From NCBI RefSeq assembly GCF_055900595.2, contig NZ_CM148325.1: a stretch of DNA of 64,000 nt. One strand, written 5' to 3'. The notes under the pieces are model-generated. The model searched no databases, was not told the DNA's origin, and was given only the letters and a program-made list of their open reading frames with translations. Made by a program: the position numbers and the translations under genes. Shown here piece by piece: positions 41,905 to 52,800 of the stretch (the first letter of the stretch is position 1; each line of letters starts with the position of its first letter).

Positions 41905-42927
41905 TCAGAAATCGTATTTGCCGATATTCTCTTTGTTGAATATCACGCGCTCCGGTAACAGTACGATGCCATTACCATCCGCTTCGTAGTCATAGCCCTG
42001 AACGCTGTTTGGCGAGACTTCAACCTGACCTACGCCCTGAATATTCAGCTTGTCGCCCGTTTTCATTGATCCTTTTTTCAATAATGCATCCGCGACATAA
42101 ACTGAAATTTTGCCTTGCTGAACCACATCCCACAGGCCAAATTCTTTCACCGTGCTGCGCTCTACATACGGACGCATCACGTTTGGCGTACTGAATCCGA
42201 CAATCGCAACTTTGTCATTTTTCAGGTTTTCTGCGGCTTGTGCGGCAGCGGGCAGGGCGTTGGCGTCCGGGGCGATAATGGCGTCGAGATCGCTATAGGC
42301 TTTTAATATTCCTTCTGCGGTTTGTAACGATTTAGTGGCATCGTTATAGCCAAACTGCGTAGTGACAATTTCCCAGCCTGGATGGTCTTTGGCGATTTTC
42401 GCTTTCGCCTCTTTCACCCACTGGTTTTGGTCCGTAACGGTGGGGCTTGAGTAGAAAAACGCGACTTTGGCTTTGTCTTTATTCACCTGACGCGCCGCCA
42501 TATCCACCAACATACCTCCCAACTGGGCGGGCGTTCCCTGATTAATGTAGTAAGAGCGGCACTCCGGTTTGGTATCAGAGTCCCAGGTCAGCACTCTCAC
42601 GCCACGTTGCATGGCGCGTTTCAGTGCCGGACACAAGCCATCAGGCGAAACCGCAGAAACGATAATGGCGTTATACCCCTGATTGACGAAGTTATTAATC
42701 AACTGTACCTGACCAGAAACACTGGGTTCTGTCGGCCCGTCGTAGGTCACATCAACGCCCAGCTCTTTACCCGCTTGTTGTGCGCCGTTGCCACCGCTGG
42801 TAAAAAATCCCACGCCAACCAGTTTGGGAATAAAAGCAATACGCTCTGCGGCCTGCACATTCATAGAGATTGCGGCAATGCCAAGAGCGCTAAGTAAGGC
42901 GATTTTCTTAAAGCGATAAAGTGTCAT
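41905..42927 (-). CDS. lsrB: AI-2 ABC transporter periplasmic binding protein LsrB
   Basis: 340 aa with signal peptide [26 protein letters not shown]; sugar-binding protein fold. Confidence 0.95.
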   Translation of the reverse strand: MTLYRFKKIALLSALGIAAISMNVQAAERIAFIPKLVGVGFFTSGGNGAQQAGKELGVDVTYDGPTEPSVSGQVQLINNFVNQGYNAIIVSAVSPDGLCPALKRAMQRGVRVLTWDSDTKPECRSYYINQGTPAQLGGMLVDMAARQVNKDKAKVAFFYSSPTVTDQNQWVKEAKAKIAKDHPGWEIVTTQFGYNDATKSLQTAEGILKAYSDLDAIIAPDANALPAAAQAAENLKNDKVAIVGFSTPNVMRPYVERSTVKEFGLWDVVQQGKISVYVADALLKKGSMKTGDKLNIQGVGQVEVSPNSVQGYDYEADGNGIVLLPERVIFNKENIGKYDF

Positions 42928-42938
42928 GAAGATATCCT

Positions 42939-43931
42939 TTATGGCAATGGGTTATTGGCCCGACGCGCCAGCCACTCTTTAATTTGCTGGCGATGCAGGC
43001 TAACGGAACGACCTACGACAACGACGATAAGCAGCGCACCGGAAAGGGCGCTGGACACCTGATTTGGCACTCCTGCCATTTGCAAACCTTGTTGCAAATA
43101 TCCCACTAGTAAAACCGCAATGGCGGTGCCGATAATGGAACCGGAACCACCATAAATATTGGCACCGCCAAGCACCACGGCGGTGATGGCGGGCATCAGA
43201 AACGACGCACCGAGATCGGAACGTGCTGAACCAAAATACGATGCCAGCAGCACAGCGGCGACCGCAGACGCCAGCCCCGTCATGGCATAGAGCGCACATA
43301 AGGTGCGGTTAACTTTAATCGCGCTATAAAGCGCCACGCGCGGGCTTTGCCCAATCAAAAACACATTACGTCCGGCATGGGTTTTATGCAGCCAGAGCCA
43401 GAAAACGAGGAGACATATCAGAAAGATAATCAGCGGAACGGGTAGTCCCAGCACATCCAGGTTAGCGAAATCTGTAAACGCCATCGGGAATCCACCAATA
43501 CCTTCGTACCCCGTCGCTCCGGCCATCCCGGAAAGCAGCAGAGCGCTTCCGGCAAACAGATACAGCGTGCCAAGCGTAATCACCAGCGGGTTAACTTTGG
43601 TATAGATAATTAATCCGGCGTTAATCAGCCCGCACAATGCGCCGAGCAGAAAGGTCAGAAGAATCGCCAGCGGCATCGGCACGCCGCTTTGAAACAGTAC
43701 GCCTAATGCAATGGCGCACAAGCCGATGGTCGAGCCAAACGAAATATCGATCCCGCCACTGACAATCACCATCGTCAGCGGTAGGGCGACAATGCCAATG
43801 CAGATAAAGTCACTGGTGCTGAACAGCAACATATTGAGATCTAACATCCGCGGGTTAATTGCACCAAATGCGACAATCTCAATCACGAGCAGTGCGGCAA
43901 GAGCTAGTTCCCAACCGTAGCGAATACGCAT
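42939..43931 (-). CDS. lsrD: AI-2 ABC transporter permease LsrD
   Basis: 330 aa multi-TM ABC permease; lsr synteny. Confidence 0.95.
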   Translation of the reverse strand: MRIRYGWELALAALLVIEIVAFGAINPRMLDLNMLLFSTSDFICIGIVALPLTMVIVSGGIDISFGSTIGLCAIALGVLFQSGVPMPLAILLTFLLGALCGLINAGLIIYTKVNPLVITLGTLYLFAGSALLLSGMAGATGYEGIGGFPMAFTDFANLDVLGLPVPLIIFLICLLVFWLWLHKTHAGRNVFLIGQSPRVALYSAIKVNRTLCALYAMTGLASAVAAVLLASYFGSARSDLGASFLMPAITAVVLGGANIYGGSGSIIGTAIAVLLVGYLQQGLQMAGVPNQVSSALSGALLIVVVVGRSVSLHRQQIKEWLARRANNPLP

Positions 43932-44959
43932 TACGCGGCCTCCCGTTTTTTACCTGACGAAGCGGGTTTAACGGATGGCGGTGGCGTCATAAAGCGGGCA
44001 TATTTTTGCCGCCGCAGATTACGTTCCAGCGCACAACGCAGGCGTCCATCAAACACCAGCACCGCCAGCAGAACCAGGCCCGCGATAAAATCATTCCACC
44101 ATGCCGGAATGCGCAACAGCACCAGTACACTATCGATCTGCGTCAGGAACCATGCGCCGAGTACCGCACCGATGATCGCACCGGAACCGCCGAGCAAACT
44201 AATACCGCCCAGCACGCAGGCTGCAATCGCTTTCATCTCCAGCCCGGTACCGGTCTGGTTGGGAATAAAACCGATCTGCGAAGCAAACACAATCCCCGCC
44301 AGTGCCGCCATGCAGCCGTTCAACGAAAATGCCACAATTCGAATGGCTTCCGTACGAACGCCCAGTTGACGAGCGCCCTGCAAATTATCGCCCGTGGCAT
44401 AAAAACTGCGTCCAAACGCCGTCTTCGCCAGCAGCCAGGCCATAAATGCCACCAGAATTATCGTCAACCAACCAATTGCTGAAACGCCAAACAGCAGCGG
44501 GGCGGAGAGTTGTTTCAGTTCGGCGGGTAACCCCTCAATCCATTTACCGCCAGTCCACAGCAACATGATGCCCCTGTACAATCCTAATGTACCGAGCGTG
44601 GCAACAATGGCAGGGATCTTTAGCCACGCGACCAGGACACCGTTGAAAAATCCCGCGAGCAAACCAAGCAGTAAAGTCGCGACACAAGCAACAGGTAGTG
44701 AATACCCCGCGTTCAGTAACATTCCCAACAGCACTGCGCACATTCCGGTAATCGAACCTACCGAAACATCGATATTGCGCGTGAGCATCACCAGCGTCGC
44801 GCCCATTGCCAGCAGGATCAGGATTTGCGCGCTGCTATAAACCATGGTCAGCGTTTGCATACTTAAATACTGGCGGTCGAGAAAACCGGGTAATACAAAC
44901 AGCAACACCACCGCCAGCAGTGCCGTGATTTCACGGTTGTTCTGGATAAACTTCAGCAT
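43931..44959 (-). CDS. lsrC: AI-2 ABC transporter permease LsrC
   Basis: 342 aa multi-TM ABC permease; stop overlaps lsrD start. Confidence 0.95.
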   Translation of the reverse strand: MLKFIQNNREITALLAVVLLFVLPGFLDRQYLSMQTLTMVYSSAQILILLAMGATLVMLTRNIDVSVGSITGMCAVLLGMLLNAGYSLPVACVATLLLGLLAGFFNGVLVAWLKIPAIVATLGTLGLYRGIMLLWTGGKWIEGLPAELKQLSAPLLFGVSAIGWLTIILVAFMAWLLAKTAFGRSFYATGDNLQGARQLGVRTEAIRIVAFSLNGCMAALAGIVFASQIGFIPNQTGTGLEMKAIAACVLGGISLLGGSGAIIGAVLGAWFLTQIDSVLVLLRIPAWWNDFIAGLVLLAVLVFDGRLRCALERNLRRQKYARFMTPPPSVKPASSGKKREAA

Positions 44960-46488
44960 GATGCCTCCTGACGCTGACTATCGCCGAAGGCAACGCGCAT
45001 AATGGTCTCGACATTAATATCGCGTCCGGTCAGTGCAGAGTGGGCAATTTCGCCCTGATGCATCACATATACGCGATCTGCCATCAGTTCGATCTCTTCC
45101 AGATCAGAGGAGATAAGCAGCACAGCCACATTTTGTGCGGCGATGCTGCGCAACAGCTGGTAGATATCATTACGGGCCGAGACATCCACGCCGCGCGTCG
45201 GCTCATCGACAATCAAAACTTGCGGCGAAGCTTCCAGACATTTGGCAATCAGGATTTTTTGCTGGTTGCCGCCGGATAAGGTCCGCGCAGCTTGTTCCGG
45301 TTGGTTAAATTTAATATTCAGCGCCCGACGATAACGTTCCAGTGTGGCGTTATCTTTCGCGGTTTTCGCCCAGAATCCACGAAGGTTATGAGTAAGGGCG
45401 CAGACATTCCAGGCCAGCGAAGCATCGAGATTCAGTCCGGATGACTGGCGATCTTCCGGCAGATAAACCAGACCGCGCAGTAAACGTTCTCCAGTGGATA
45501 ATCTATTGATCTCTTTACCATTCAGCATAATGCGTCCGCCACGCAAAGTACGCAGACCATAGAGCGTCTCGGCCAGTTCTGTGCGTCCGGCCCCCACCAG
45601 CCCAGCCAGACCCAGAATTTCTCCGGCATTAAGCGTCAAGCTGACATTCATAAAACCTTCGCCGGTCAGGTTTTCCAGTGTCAGCACCGGCGTTCCGGCG
45701 GCATGTTGTGGGCGGTTGCCAGGTAACTCCAGCCATAATTTTTGGCTGGCAGAGAGCGATTTTTCCCGTAGCGCTGGCGTGATGGCCTGAATAATGTCGT
45801 CGGTAGACAGTTCGCTGGTTTTGCCGCTTAAGGCGATGGTTCCGTCGCGCATCACGCTAATTCGATCGGCAATCTGGCGAATTTCCGGCAGCTTATGCGA
45901 GATAAAAACAATACCCACGCCAGTAGCAAGCAACTCTTGCAAGCGACTAAACAAACGTTCGGTTTCGGCGGGGGTAAGCGAGGCGGTAGGTTCATCGAGG
46001 ATCAGAATCCGCGAGTCGCGCATCAGCCCGCGGAGGATTTCCACCATTTGGCGATCGGCGACATCCAGCGATCCTGCCAGACTATGCAGATCAAACTGGC
46101 AGCCCAGCGCCGCCAGCAAGTTCTTCAGTTTCTGCATGGAGAGCTGTTTTTTTGCCAGCCCAAACAGAATGTTTTCTTTTATCGACAGGCTTGGGAAAAG
46201 CAGCGGTTCCTGGGGAACGAGATAAATACCCAACTGATGAGCATGAACTGGCGTTAATCTGGTGTAGTTGTTGCCCCCAATCTCCAGCGTACCGCTATCA
46301 GCAGGGGTAATACCGGCAATGATCTTCATTAACGTCGATTTACCGGCACCATTGCCGCCAAGCAGGGCGTGGACTTCCCCCTGATGCAACGTAAAATCGA
46401 TGCCTTTCAGGACATTAACCCCTGAATACTGTTTATAAACCGAGCGGGCGCAAAGTAGCGGTAACGCGCGGGTATCACTCGTTAGCAT
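44953..46488 (-). CDS. lsrA: AI-2 ABC transporter ATP-binding protein LsrA
   Basis: 511 aa from [23 protein letters not shown]...; two Walker A motifs (GGNGAGKST and GLVGAGRTE); the ORF-track start at 46575 is an extension. Confidence 0.95.
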   Translation of the reverse strand: MLTSDTRALPLLCARSVYKQYSGVNVLKGIDFTLHQGEVHALLGGNGAGKSTLMKIIAGITPADSGTLEIGGNNYTRLTPVHAHQLGIYLVPQEPLLFPSLSIKENILFGLAKKQLSMQKLKNLLAALGCQFDLHSLAGSLDVADRQMVEILRGLMRDSRILILDEPTASLTPAETERLFSRLQELLATGVGIVFISHKLPEIRQIADRISVMRDGTIALSGKTSELSTDDIIQAITPALREKSLSASQKLWLELPGNRPQHAAGTPVLTLENLTGEGFMNVSLTLNAGEILGLAGLVGAGRTELAETLYGLRTLRGGRIMLNGKEINRLSTGERLLRGLVYLPEDRQSSGLNLDASLAWNVCALTHNLRGFWAKTAKDNATLERYRRALNIKFNQPEQAARTLSGGNQQKILIAKCLEASPQVLIVDEPTRGVDVSARNDIYQLLRSIAAQNVAVLLISSDLEEIELMADRVYVMHQGEIAHSALTGRDINVETIMRVAFGDSQRQEASC

Positions 46489-46737
46489 GTTTCCCCCGTT
46501 CAGTTTTGCAGGTGAGTTTTGAACAAATGTATTTCTGCTTTCAATTTGTTCATAAACCTTAGGTGGACATTGCACATATTTCCGACGAATAGATCACAAT
46601 TTATGCTATTTTGATTTTCACGGTTGCGTTTGTTCATGCTCGTAGAGTCAAACTGTGGTTGCTATCACAGATATAAATGCGCAAGAACTGAACAATTGCA
46701 TTAAAGATTTAAATATGTTCAAAGTGAAGAATGAATT
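46489..46737. promoter_or_regulatory. divergent lsrA/lsrR promoter region (LsrR and CRP control region)
   Basis: AT-rich intergenic region between divergent lsrACDBFG and lsrRK, as in K-12. Confidence 0.6.
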
Positions 46738-47691
46738 ATGACAATCAACGATTCGGCAATTTCAGAACAGGGAATGTGTGAAGAAGAACAGGTCGCGCGG
46801 ATCGCGTGGTTTTACTATCACGACGGGCTGACCCAGAGCGAGATCAGCGAGCGTCTCGGGCTGACTCGCTTGAAAGTGTCGCGATTACTGGAAAAAGGGC
46901 ATCAGTCCGGCATTATTCGCGTGCAGATTAATTCTCGCTTTGAAGGCTGTCTGGAATATGAAACTCAATTACGTTGTCAGTTTTCGCTGCAACATGTCCG
47001 GGTGATCCCTGGGCTTGCGGATGCTGATGTCGGCGGGCGACTAGGGATAGGCGCGGCGCATATGTTGATGAGTTTACTTCAACCACAACAGATGCTGGCG
47101 ATTGGTTTTGGCGAGGCAACCATGAATACGCTGCAACGCTTAAGTGGTTTTATTTCGTCGCAGCAAATTCGCCTGGTCACGCTCTCCGGTGGCGTCGGTT
47201 CTTATATGACGGGTATCGGGCAGCTTAATGCGGCGTGCAGTGTGAATATTATTCCGGCTCCGCTGCGGGCATCCTCCGCTGACATTGCCCATACGCTAAA
47301 AAATGAAAATTGCGTCAAAGATGTTCTGTTAGCCGCACAAGCTGCGGATGTGGCGATTGTCGGCATTGGGGCCGTGAGTCAACAAGACGACGCGACGATC
47401 ATTCGCTCCGGTTATATCAGCCAGGGCGAACAGTTAATGATTGGTCGAAAAGGGGCGGTTGGCAACATCTTAGGCTACTTTTTTGATGCAAAAGGTGACG
47501 TTGTCACGGATATCAAAATACATAACGAACTGATTGGCTTACCTTTAAGCGCGCTGAAGACCATTCCCGTCCGGGTTGGCGTGGCAGGGGGAGAAAATAA
47601 AGCCGAAGCCATTGCCGCTGCAATTAAAGGCGGCTATATCAACGCACTGGTTACCGATCAGGACACAGCAGCGGCGATTTTACGTAGTTAA
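46738..47691 (+). CDS. lsrR: lsr operon repressor LsrR (SorC family)
   Basis: 317 aa with N-terminal HTH ([21 protein letters not shown]). Confidence 0.95.
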   Translation: MTINDSAISEQGMCEEEQVARIAWFYYHDGLTQSEISERLGLTRLKVSRLLEKGHQSGIIRVQINSRFEGCLEYETQLRCQFSLQHVRVIPGLADADVGGRLGIGAAHMLMSLLQPQQMLAIGFGEATMNTLQRLSGFISSQQIRLVTLSGGVGSYMTGIGQLNAACSVNIIPAPLRASSADIAHTLKNENCVKDVLLAAQAADVAIVGIGAVSQQDDATIIRSGYISQGEQLMIGRKGAVGNILGYFFDAKGDVVTDIKIHNELIGLPLSALKTIPVRVGVAGGENKAEAIAAAIKGGYINALVTDQDTAAAILRS

Positions 47692-47769
47692 ATTTGCATG
47701 ACCTTATTACCGGGAATGATGGAGAACGTATAGAGGAACAGACAGAACGCATAAGCCGAGGATAATCTA

Positions 47770-49362
47770 ATGGCTCGACTCTTTACCCCTTCAGAATCAA
47801 AGTACTACCTGATGGCGCTGGATGCAGGCACCGGAAGTATTCGGGCTGTGATATTCGACCTGGAAGGCAATCAAATAGCAGTGGGACAGGCGGAGTGGCG
47901 GCATCTGGCAGTACCGGACGTTCCTGGTTCTATGGAATTTGATCTCAACAAAAACTGGCAACTGGCATGTGAGTGTATGCGCCAGGCGCTGCACAACGCC
48001 GGCATAGCCCCGGAGTATATCGCTGCCGTTTCGGCATGTTCGATGCGCGAAGGCATTGTTTTATATAACAATGAAGGAACACCGATCTGGGCCTGCGCCA
48101 ATGTGGATGCCAGAGCGGCGCGCGAAGTTAGCGAACTTAAAGAACTGCACAACAATACCTTTGAAAACGAAGTTTATCGCGCCACCGGACAAACGCTGGC
48201 TTTAAGCGCTATTCCCAGATTACTTTGGCTGGCGCACCATCGTTCTGATATCTACCGACAGGCGTCGACCATCACCATGATCAGCGACTGGCTGGCCTAT
48301 ATGCTCAGCGGTGAACTGGCGGTGGATCCCTCTAACGCTGGCACCACGGGACTTCTTGATCTAACCACCCGTGACTGGAAACCTGCATTGCTGGATATGG
48401 CCGGACTGCGGGCCGATATTCTTTCTCCTGTCAAAGAAACCGGCACATTGCTGGGCGTGGTAAGTTCACAAGCGGCGGAACTCTGCGGTCTGAAGGCGGG
48501 CACTCCGGTGGTCGTTGGAGGAGGCGACGTGCAACTTGGTTGCCTGGGGTTAGGCGTTGTCCGTCCGGCACAAACCGCTGTTCTTGGCGGTACATTCTGG
48601 CAGCAAGTTGTAAACTTAGCCGCGCCGGTGACAGACCCAGAAATGAACGTGCGCGTTAATCCTCATGTTATTCCTGGCATGGTACAAGCTGAATCTATAA
48701 GCTTTTTTACCGGACTCACCATGCGCTGGTTCCGCGATGCTTTCTGTGCCGAAGAAAAACTGATTGCCGAACGTTTAGGCATCGACACCTATACGTTGCT
48801 GGAAGAGATGGCAAGTCGTGTGCCGCCTGGGTCGTGGGGCGTAATGCCGATATTCTCCGACAGAATGCGCTTTAAAACCTGGTATCACGCTGCGCCTTCC
48901 TTTATTAATTTGTCTATTGATCCGGATAAATGTAACAAAGCGACATTGTTCCGTGCGCTGGAAGAAAATGCGGCGATTGTATCAGCGTGTAACTTGCAGC
49001 AAATCGCTGATTTCTCGAATATTCATCCTTCATCGTTAGTCTTTGCAGGCGGAGGTTCAAAAGGGAAATTATGGAGTCAAATTCTCGCTGATGTCTCGGG
49101 ATTACCCGTCAATATTCCGGTGGTCAAAGAAGCCACCGCATTAGGATGTGCCATTGCAGCTGGCGTCGGTGCCGGAATTTTTTCATCAATGGCAGAAACC
49201 GGAGAACGCCTGGTTCGCTGGGAACGGACGCACACACCAGACCCGGAAAAGCATGAACTTTATCAGGATTCACGCGATAAGTGGCAGGCTGTTTATCAGG
49301 ATCAGCTGGGGCTGGTTGATCATGGACTGACGACGTCGTTATGGAAAGCGCCTGGGTTATAG
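47770..49362 (+). CDS. lsrK: autoinducer-2 kinase LsrK (FGGY carbohydrate kinase)
   Basis: 530 aa [30 protein letters not shown]... FGGY kinase family. Confidence 0.95.
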   Translation: MARLFTPSESKYYLMALDAGTGSIRAVIFDLEGNQIAVGQAEWRHLAVPDVPGSMEFDLNKNWQLACECMRQALHNAGIAPEYIAAVSACSMREGIVLYNNEGTPIWACANVDARAAREVSELKELHNNTFENEVYRATGQTLALSAIPRLLWLAHHRSDIYRQASTITMISDWLAYMLSGELAVDPSNAGTTGLLDLTTRDWKPALLDMAGLRADILSPVKETGTLLGVVSSQAAELCGLKAGTPVVVGGGDVQLGCLGLGVVRPAQTAVLGGTFWQQVVNLAAPVTDPEMNVRVNPHVIPGMVQAESISFFTGLTMRWFRDAFCAEEKLIAERLGIDTYTLLEEMASRVPPGSWGVMPIFSDRMRFKTWYHAAPSFINLSIDPDKCNKATLFRALEENAAIVSACNLQQIADFSNIHPSSLVFAGGGSKGKLWSQILADVSGLPVNIPVVKEATALGCAIAAGVGAGIFSSMAETGERLVRWERTHTPDPEKHELYQDSRDKWQAVYQDQLGLVDHGLTTSLWKAPGL

Positions 49363-49370
49363 TTTCATTG

Positions 49371-49406
49371 ACAGCCACATCATGATGACTGTGGCTGTTA
49401 GTTTTT
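49371..49406 (+). terminator. rho-independent terminator after lsrK
   Basis: ACAGCCACA-tcatgatgac-TGTGGCTGT stem followed by TAGTTTTT. Confidence 0.7.
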
Positions 49407-49891
49407 GAGTATTGGTATTCTTATTTCCCTTCTTTAGAGCTGGCTTGTTAAATGCCAGCTTGCAGATTCATCGTTCCATCACCAGTACTATATTCAAGGG
49501 AAAATTGCTATTTTTCTTAAAGCATTAAGCATAACCCTTATTTTATAGCGAATATTCCTAAAGGCATTAATGGATGAAAAAGGGTTTTAATAAACTTCTG
49601 TTTTTAGCAATTAGTGCTATTCTTTGTTAAATATGATGATGATAATCTTCTTATTGAAAGAAACAGTTTTCTTATTAAGCAACAATAACTCATGGTTCAT
49701 TTTTAAATAAAATAAGAACTATGCAATTTTTAATCTATCGATTCGAAAGTATTAGCAAATTAGCCAAATTGACACCTTCCCACCTCCAACCAACACTCAA
49801 TACAGACCTCTGACAACTTAATAAGTTTCATTTTTAACGTCTGATGACTCATCTCTTTCGTGGCTGTATTGTTTGTATATGGAGCGTTTAT

Positions 49892-52800
49892 ATGAATAGA
49901 ATCTATCGCGTGATATGGAATTGCACCCTACAGGTATTTCAGGCCTGCTCGGAATTAACTCGCAGGGTAGGTAAAACATCAACGGTTAATTTGCGTAAAT
50001 CCTCTGGATTGACAACGAAATTCAGTAGATTGACGCTGGGTGTTTTGCTGGCACTAAGCGGTTCAGCGTCTGGTGCGAGTCTGGAAGTTGATAATGGTCA
50101 GATTACCAATATTAATACTGATGTTGCTTACGATGCCTACCTGGTTGGGTGGTATGGCACTGGAGTGCTTAATATTTTGGCTGGCGGTAATGCCTCCTTA
50201 ACCACTATTACTACCAGCGTCATTGGTGGTAATGAGGACTCAGAGGGCACCGTTAACGTTTTGGGTGGCACCTGGCGATTGTATGATAGCGGAAATAATG
50301 CAAGGCCTTTAAATGTGGGTCAATCCGGAACGGGGACGCTGAATATTAAACAGAAGGGTCACGTTGACGGAGGATATTTAAGGATAGGTTCTTCGACAGG
50401 AGGCGTCGGGACGGTCAATGTTGAAGGAGAGGACTCGGTTCTGACGACCGAATTATTCGAAATAGGGAGTTACGGTACAGGCTCATTAAATATTACGGAT
50501 AAGGGTTACGTCACGAGTTCAATAGTCGCCATTGTAGGATATCAGGCGAACAGTAATGGTAAGGTTGTCGTTGAAAAGGGTGGCGAGTGGCTAATAAAAA
50601 ATAATGATTCCTCAATTGAATTTCAAATTGGTAATCAAGGGACGGGCGAAGCAACTATTCGCGATGGGGGGCTAATTACGGCTGAAAATACGATTATCGG
50701 TGGCAACCTCACCGGTATCGGAACCCTGAATGTGCAGGATCAAGACTCTGTCATCACGGTACGCAGACTCTATAATGGATATTTCGGTAATGGCACAGTC
50801 AATATTTCCAATAATGGACTGATTAATAATAAAGAATATTCATTGGTGGGCGTTCAGGACGGGTCCCACGGTGTCGTCAACGTGACCGATAAAGGGCATT
50901 GGAATTTCCTCGGAACGGGCGAAGCTTTCCGCTATATCTATATCGGTGATGCTGGCGACGGTGAACTTAATGTCTCGAGTGAAGGCAAAGTAGATTCGGG
51001 AATTATCACTGCGGGGATGAAAGAAACAGGCACAGGCAACATTACTGTTAAGGATAAGAACTCCGTTATCACTAATCTCGGAACTAATCTTGGTTATGAC
51101 GGCCACGGCGAAATGAATATCAGTAATGAGGGGGTTGTTGTCAGCAACGGAGGAAGCTCACTCGGTTATGGAGAAACCGGCGTCGGGAAGGTTAGCATCA
51201 CCACGGGGGGGATGTGGGAGGTCAATAAGAATGTCTATACCACTATTGGTGTTGCGGGCGTCGGAAACCTCAATATCAGCGATGGCGGTAAGTTCGTATC
51301 GCAAAATATTACTTTTTTGGGCGATAAAGCAAGCGGTATCGGCACACTGAACCTGATGGATGCGACATCATCGTTCGATACTGTAGGTATCAATATCGGT
51401 AATTTTGGTAGCGGCATCGTAAATGTCAGTAATGGTGCCACCCTTAATTCAACGGGCTATGGATTTATCGGAGGAAATGCCTCCGGTAAGGGGATAGTTA
51501 ATATTTCAACGGATAGTCTCTGGAATTTAAAAACGTCATCTACTAACGCCCAATTGCTACAGGTCGGTGTATTAGGCACGGGTGAACTGAATATTACCAC
51601 CGGAGGTATAGTTAAAGCGCGTGATACACAGATAGCTCTCAATGACAAAAGTAAGGGCGACGTGCGGGTGGATGGGCAGAACTCTCTTCTTGAAACATTC
51701 AATATGAACGTAGGGACGACTGGCACAGGTACGTTAACCCTGACGAATAACGGCACGCTGAATGTCGAAGGTGGAGAAGTTTACTTAGGTGTTTTTGAGC
51801 CTGCTGTAGGAACGCTAAACATTGGTGCTGCCCACGGTGAGGCTGCGGCAGATGCCGGGTTTATCACCAATGCGACGAAGGTGGAGTTCGGTCTTGGCGA
51901 AGGCGTTTTTGTCTTTAATCACACCAATAACAGCGATGCCGGTTACCAGGTCGACATGCTGATTACAGGTGACGATAAAGACGGAAGAGTGATGCATGAT
52001 GCAGGCCATACTGTGTTCAATGCAGGGAATACTTATAGCGGTAAAACGCTGGTCAATGACGGCCTCCTGACTATTGCGTCACATACGGCAGATGGGGTAA
52101 CAGGCATGGGTTCGAGTGAAGTAACCATTGCAAGCCCCGGTACGCTCGACATTCTCGCATCAACGAACAGCGCAGGAGATTACACGCTGACCAATGCGCT
52201 CAAAGGCGATGGCTTGATGCGAGTGCAGCTGTCATCCTCCGACAAAATGTTTGGCTTTACCCATGCAACAGGAACTGAATTCGCCGGTGTTGCCCAACTG
52301 AAAGACAGTACCTTCACACTGGAACGCGACAACACCGCTGCGCTTACTCACGCGATGCTTCAGTCTGACAGTGAAAATACCACATCGGTAAAAGTGGGAG
52401 AGCAATCCATTGGTGGACTAGCCATGAATGGCGGTACGCTCACTTTCGATACGGATATACCTGCTGCGACGCTTGCGGAGGGATATATCAGCGTCGATAC
52501 ACTGGTTGTCGGCGCGGGTGACTACACCTGGAAAGGCCGTAACTATCAGGTAAACGGGACGGGCGACGTGCTTATCGACGTGCCTAAACCGTGGAATGAT
52601 CCCATGGCGAATAACCCTCTGACTACGCTCAATTTGCTGGAACACGATGATAGCCATGTCGGCGTTCAACTGGTGAAGGCGCAAACGGTTATTGGGTCGG
52701 GTGGCTCATTAACGTTACGTGATTTACAGGGTGACGAGGTGGAAGCGGACAAAACGTTACACATTGCACAAAACGGAACAGTGGTCGCCGAGGGTGATTA

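Noticed and set aside
43000-44482. Antisense or off-frame ORFs inside lsrD and lsrC (99 aa, 158 aa, 86 aa)
   Set aside because: Overlap conserved ABC permease genes; Arg/Cys/His-rich composition typical of spurious frames.
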